Origin: Nevskia sp.
Lineage (GTDB): Bacteria; Pseudomonadota; Gammaproteobacteria; Nevskiales; Nevskiaceae
DNA: 64,000 bases
Assembly: GCA_028291645.1 (NCBI GenBank)
Contig: JAQGNU010000190.1
Location: 3,113 to 67,112 of the forward strand
Direction: 5' to 3'
Under the pieces are notes generated by a model. It saw only the letters and a program-made list of their open reading frames with translations, was not told the DNA's origin and ran no database searches. The position numbers and the translations under genes are program-made. Below, piece after piece: positions 63,229-64,000 of the stretch; position 1 is the stretch's first letter, and every line of letters starts with the position of its first letter.

Positions 63229-64000
63229 ATGAGGCTAATCAAATACGACAGACAGTACAGCCGCCGCCATTTTCTGAAGCAGGCTGCAGCGGGTACTTTC
63301 TGTGCGGGCGTGTTGATGCCGACCTGGGAAGCGATCGCTGCGACGGGCGATATCTCGAAGGCGTATCCGGACGAACTGCTGTCGATCGAGGGCTACACCC
63401 GCGGCAAGATCAAGACCGGTGACGAGATCACCGCTGCGAACGTCGAGCATGTGAAGGATCTGCTCGAACCGGTTCGTTACGAACAGATATTGAAGATGGG
63501 GCGCAAGCTGAAAGTGGTCAAGACGACCACCGATGTGATGAAGCTATCGCCCTGGGAATACATCGAAGCGACGCTGAAGAATTCCGGCAAGGGACGCTTC
63601 GACGCACAGGGCAACAACGTCGTCAGCGACGATGGCCAGCCCTGGATCGGCGGCAATCCTTTTCCGAATCCGAAAAGCGGCATCGAGCTTTTTGCCGCGC
63701 AGACCTTGAACTGGGGCCGTCACGACGCCTCGTTCTACGCGATGAAGATCTGCGATGTCGCCGTCGATGGCGAGCCTCGCTTTTTTTACGAAGGCGGTTG
63801 GGCCGAGTTGTCGGCGGTGGGGCGCACGACGATGAACCCGAAACCCTATTGGCCAGAGAACAAGGACAAGCTGCGCTTCCAGTCGGTGTTCTTCACTTCG
63901 CCGCAGCAGTTCCGCGGCACCTCGTTCCTGAACATCTGGCCCTATGACCACAGCAAGTTTCCGCTGCTCTACGGCTATGTCGCGGACTTCCGGCGCGTGC
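63229..64000 (+). CDS. Second DUF1329 paralog with a canonical twin-arginine signal (5' part; runs off the right edge)
   Basis: My own translation: MRLIKYDRQYSRRHFLKQAAAGTFCAGVLMPTWEAIAATGDISKAYPDELLSIEG...GQPWIGGNPFPNPKSGIE...LRFQSVFFTSPQQF. It is colinear with 58467-59858. It is not in the track because there is no stop codon in the window. Confidence 0.8.
   Translation, partial: MRLIKYDRQYSRRHFLKQAAAGTFCAGVLMPTWEAIAATGDISKAYPDELLSIEGYTRGKIKTGDEITAANVEHVKDLLEPVRYEQILKMGRKLKVVKTTTDVMKLSPWEYIEATLKNSGKGRFDAQGNNVVSDDGQPWIGGNPFPNPKSGIELFAAQTLNWGRHDASFYAMKICDVAVDGEPRFFYEGGWAELSAVGRTTMNPKPYWPENKDKLRFQSVFFTSPQQFRGTSFLNIWPYDHSKFPLLYGYVADFRRV

Noticed and set aside
1-64000. Searched for CRISPR arrays, tRNA/rRNA genes, transposases/integrases/IS ends, prophage genes, toxin-antitoxin pairs and known defence-system signatures.
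   Set aside because: I saw no spaced direct-repeat arrays, no cloverleaf-like or rRNA-like segments, and no ORF with DDE/tyrosine-recombinase, nuclease-NTPase or TA-like hallmarks. Apart from the recurrent operator palindrome and one hairpin with flanking direct repeats, the window looks like stable chromosomal catabolic DNA.

Overview
High-GC, proteobacterial-type chromosomal window that is almost entirely protein-coding. I saw no rRNA, tRNA, CRISPR array, transposase, integrase or phage gene. All family calls come from motifs I recognise by eye; no database was searched.

The content is lipid, hydrocarbon, alicyclic and aromatic catabolism plus neutral-lipid synthesis.
- 1-9750: OYE flavin reductase, TetR, acyl-CoA dehydrogenase, a MarR / membrane protein / orphan COX-III-like / COX-IV-like group, an HMG-CoA-synthase-like::DUF35 fusion with an SCP-x-type thiolase, and a second MarR.
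- 9897-20684, minus strand: a nine-gene array with BadH-like SDR, BadI/MenB-like hydrolase, a FadB-like hydratase lacking the NAD domain, a split MaoC hydratase, a CoA-transferase, an MFE-2-type SDR, IcmF and a thiolase.
- 20867-28451: six translationally coupled genes that look like a complete glycerolipid/TAG (Kennedy-type) module: hydrolase, PlsB-like GPAT, HAD::PlsC fusion, GpsA, WS/DGAT, monoacylglycerol lipase.
- 28566-41948: MaoC, two acyl-CoA dehydrogenases, and scattered TOL-upper-pathway-like parts (XylM/AlkB-type hydroxylase, FadL/TodX/XylN-type porin, XylA-type reductase, XylB-type alcohol dehydrogenase) with a hydratase and a CoA ligase.
- 43430-53615: Rieske dioxygenase plus meta-cleavage cluster with a CoA ligase and a tiny zinc-ribbon ORF.
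- 54636-57635: three secreted proteins of unknown function.
- 58467-64000: a DUF1329 / BNR(Ycf48-like) / DUF1302 / DUF1329 envelope cluster.

The most interesting signal is not a gene. A GTATG-N4-CATAC palindrome recurs in at least ten operon-leading intergenic regions across the window, which suggests one undescribed repressor regulon tying these modules together. The second is the TAG-synthesis operon, which is bracketed by two near-identical copies of that palindrome.
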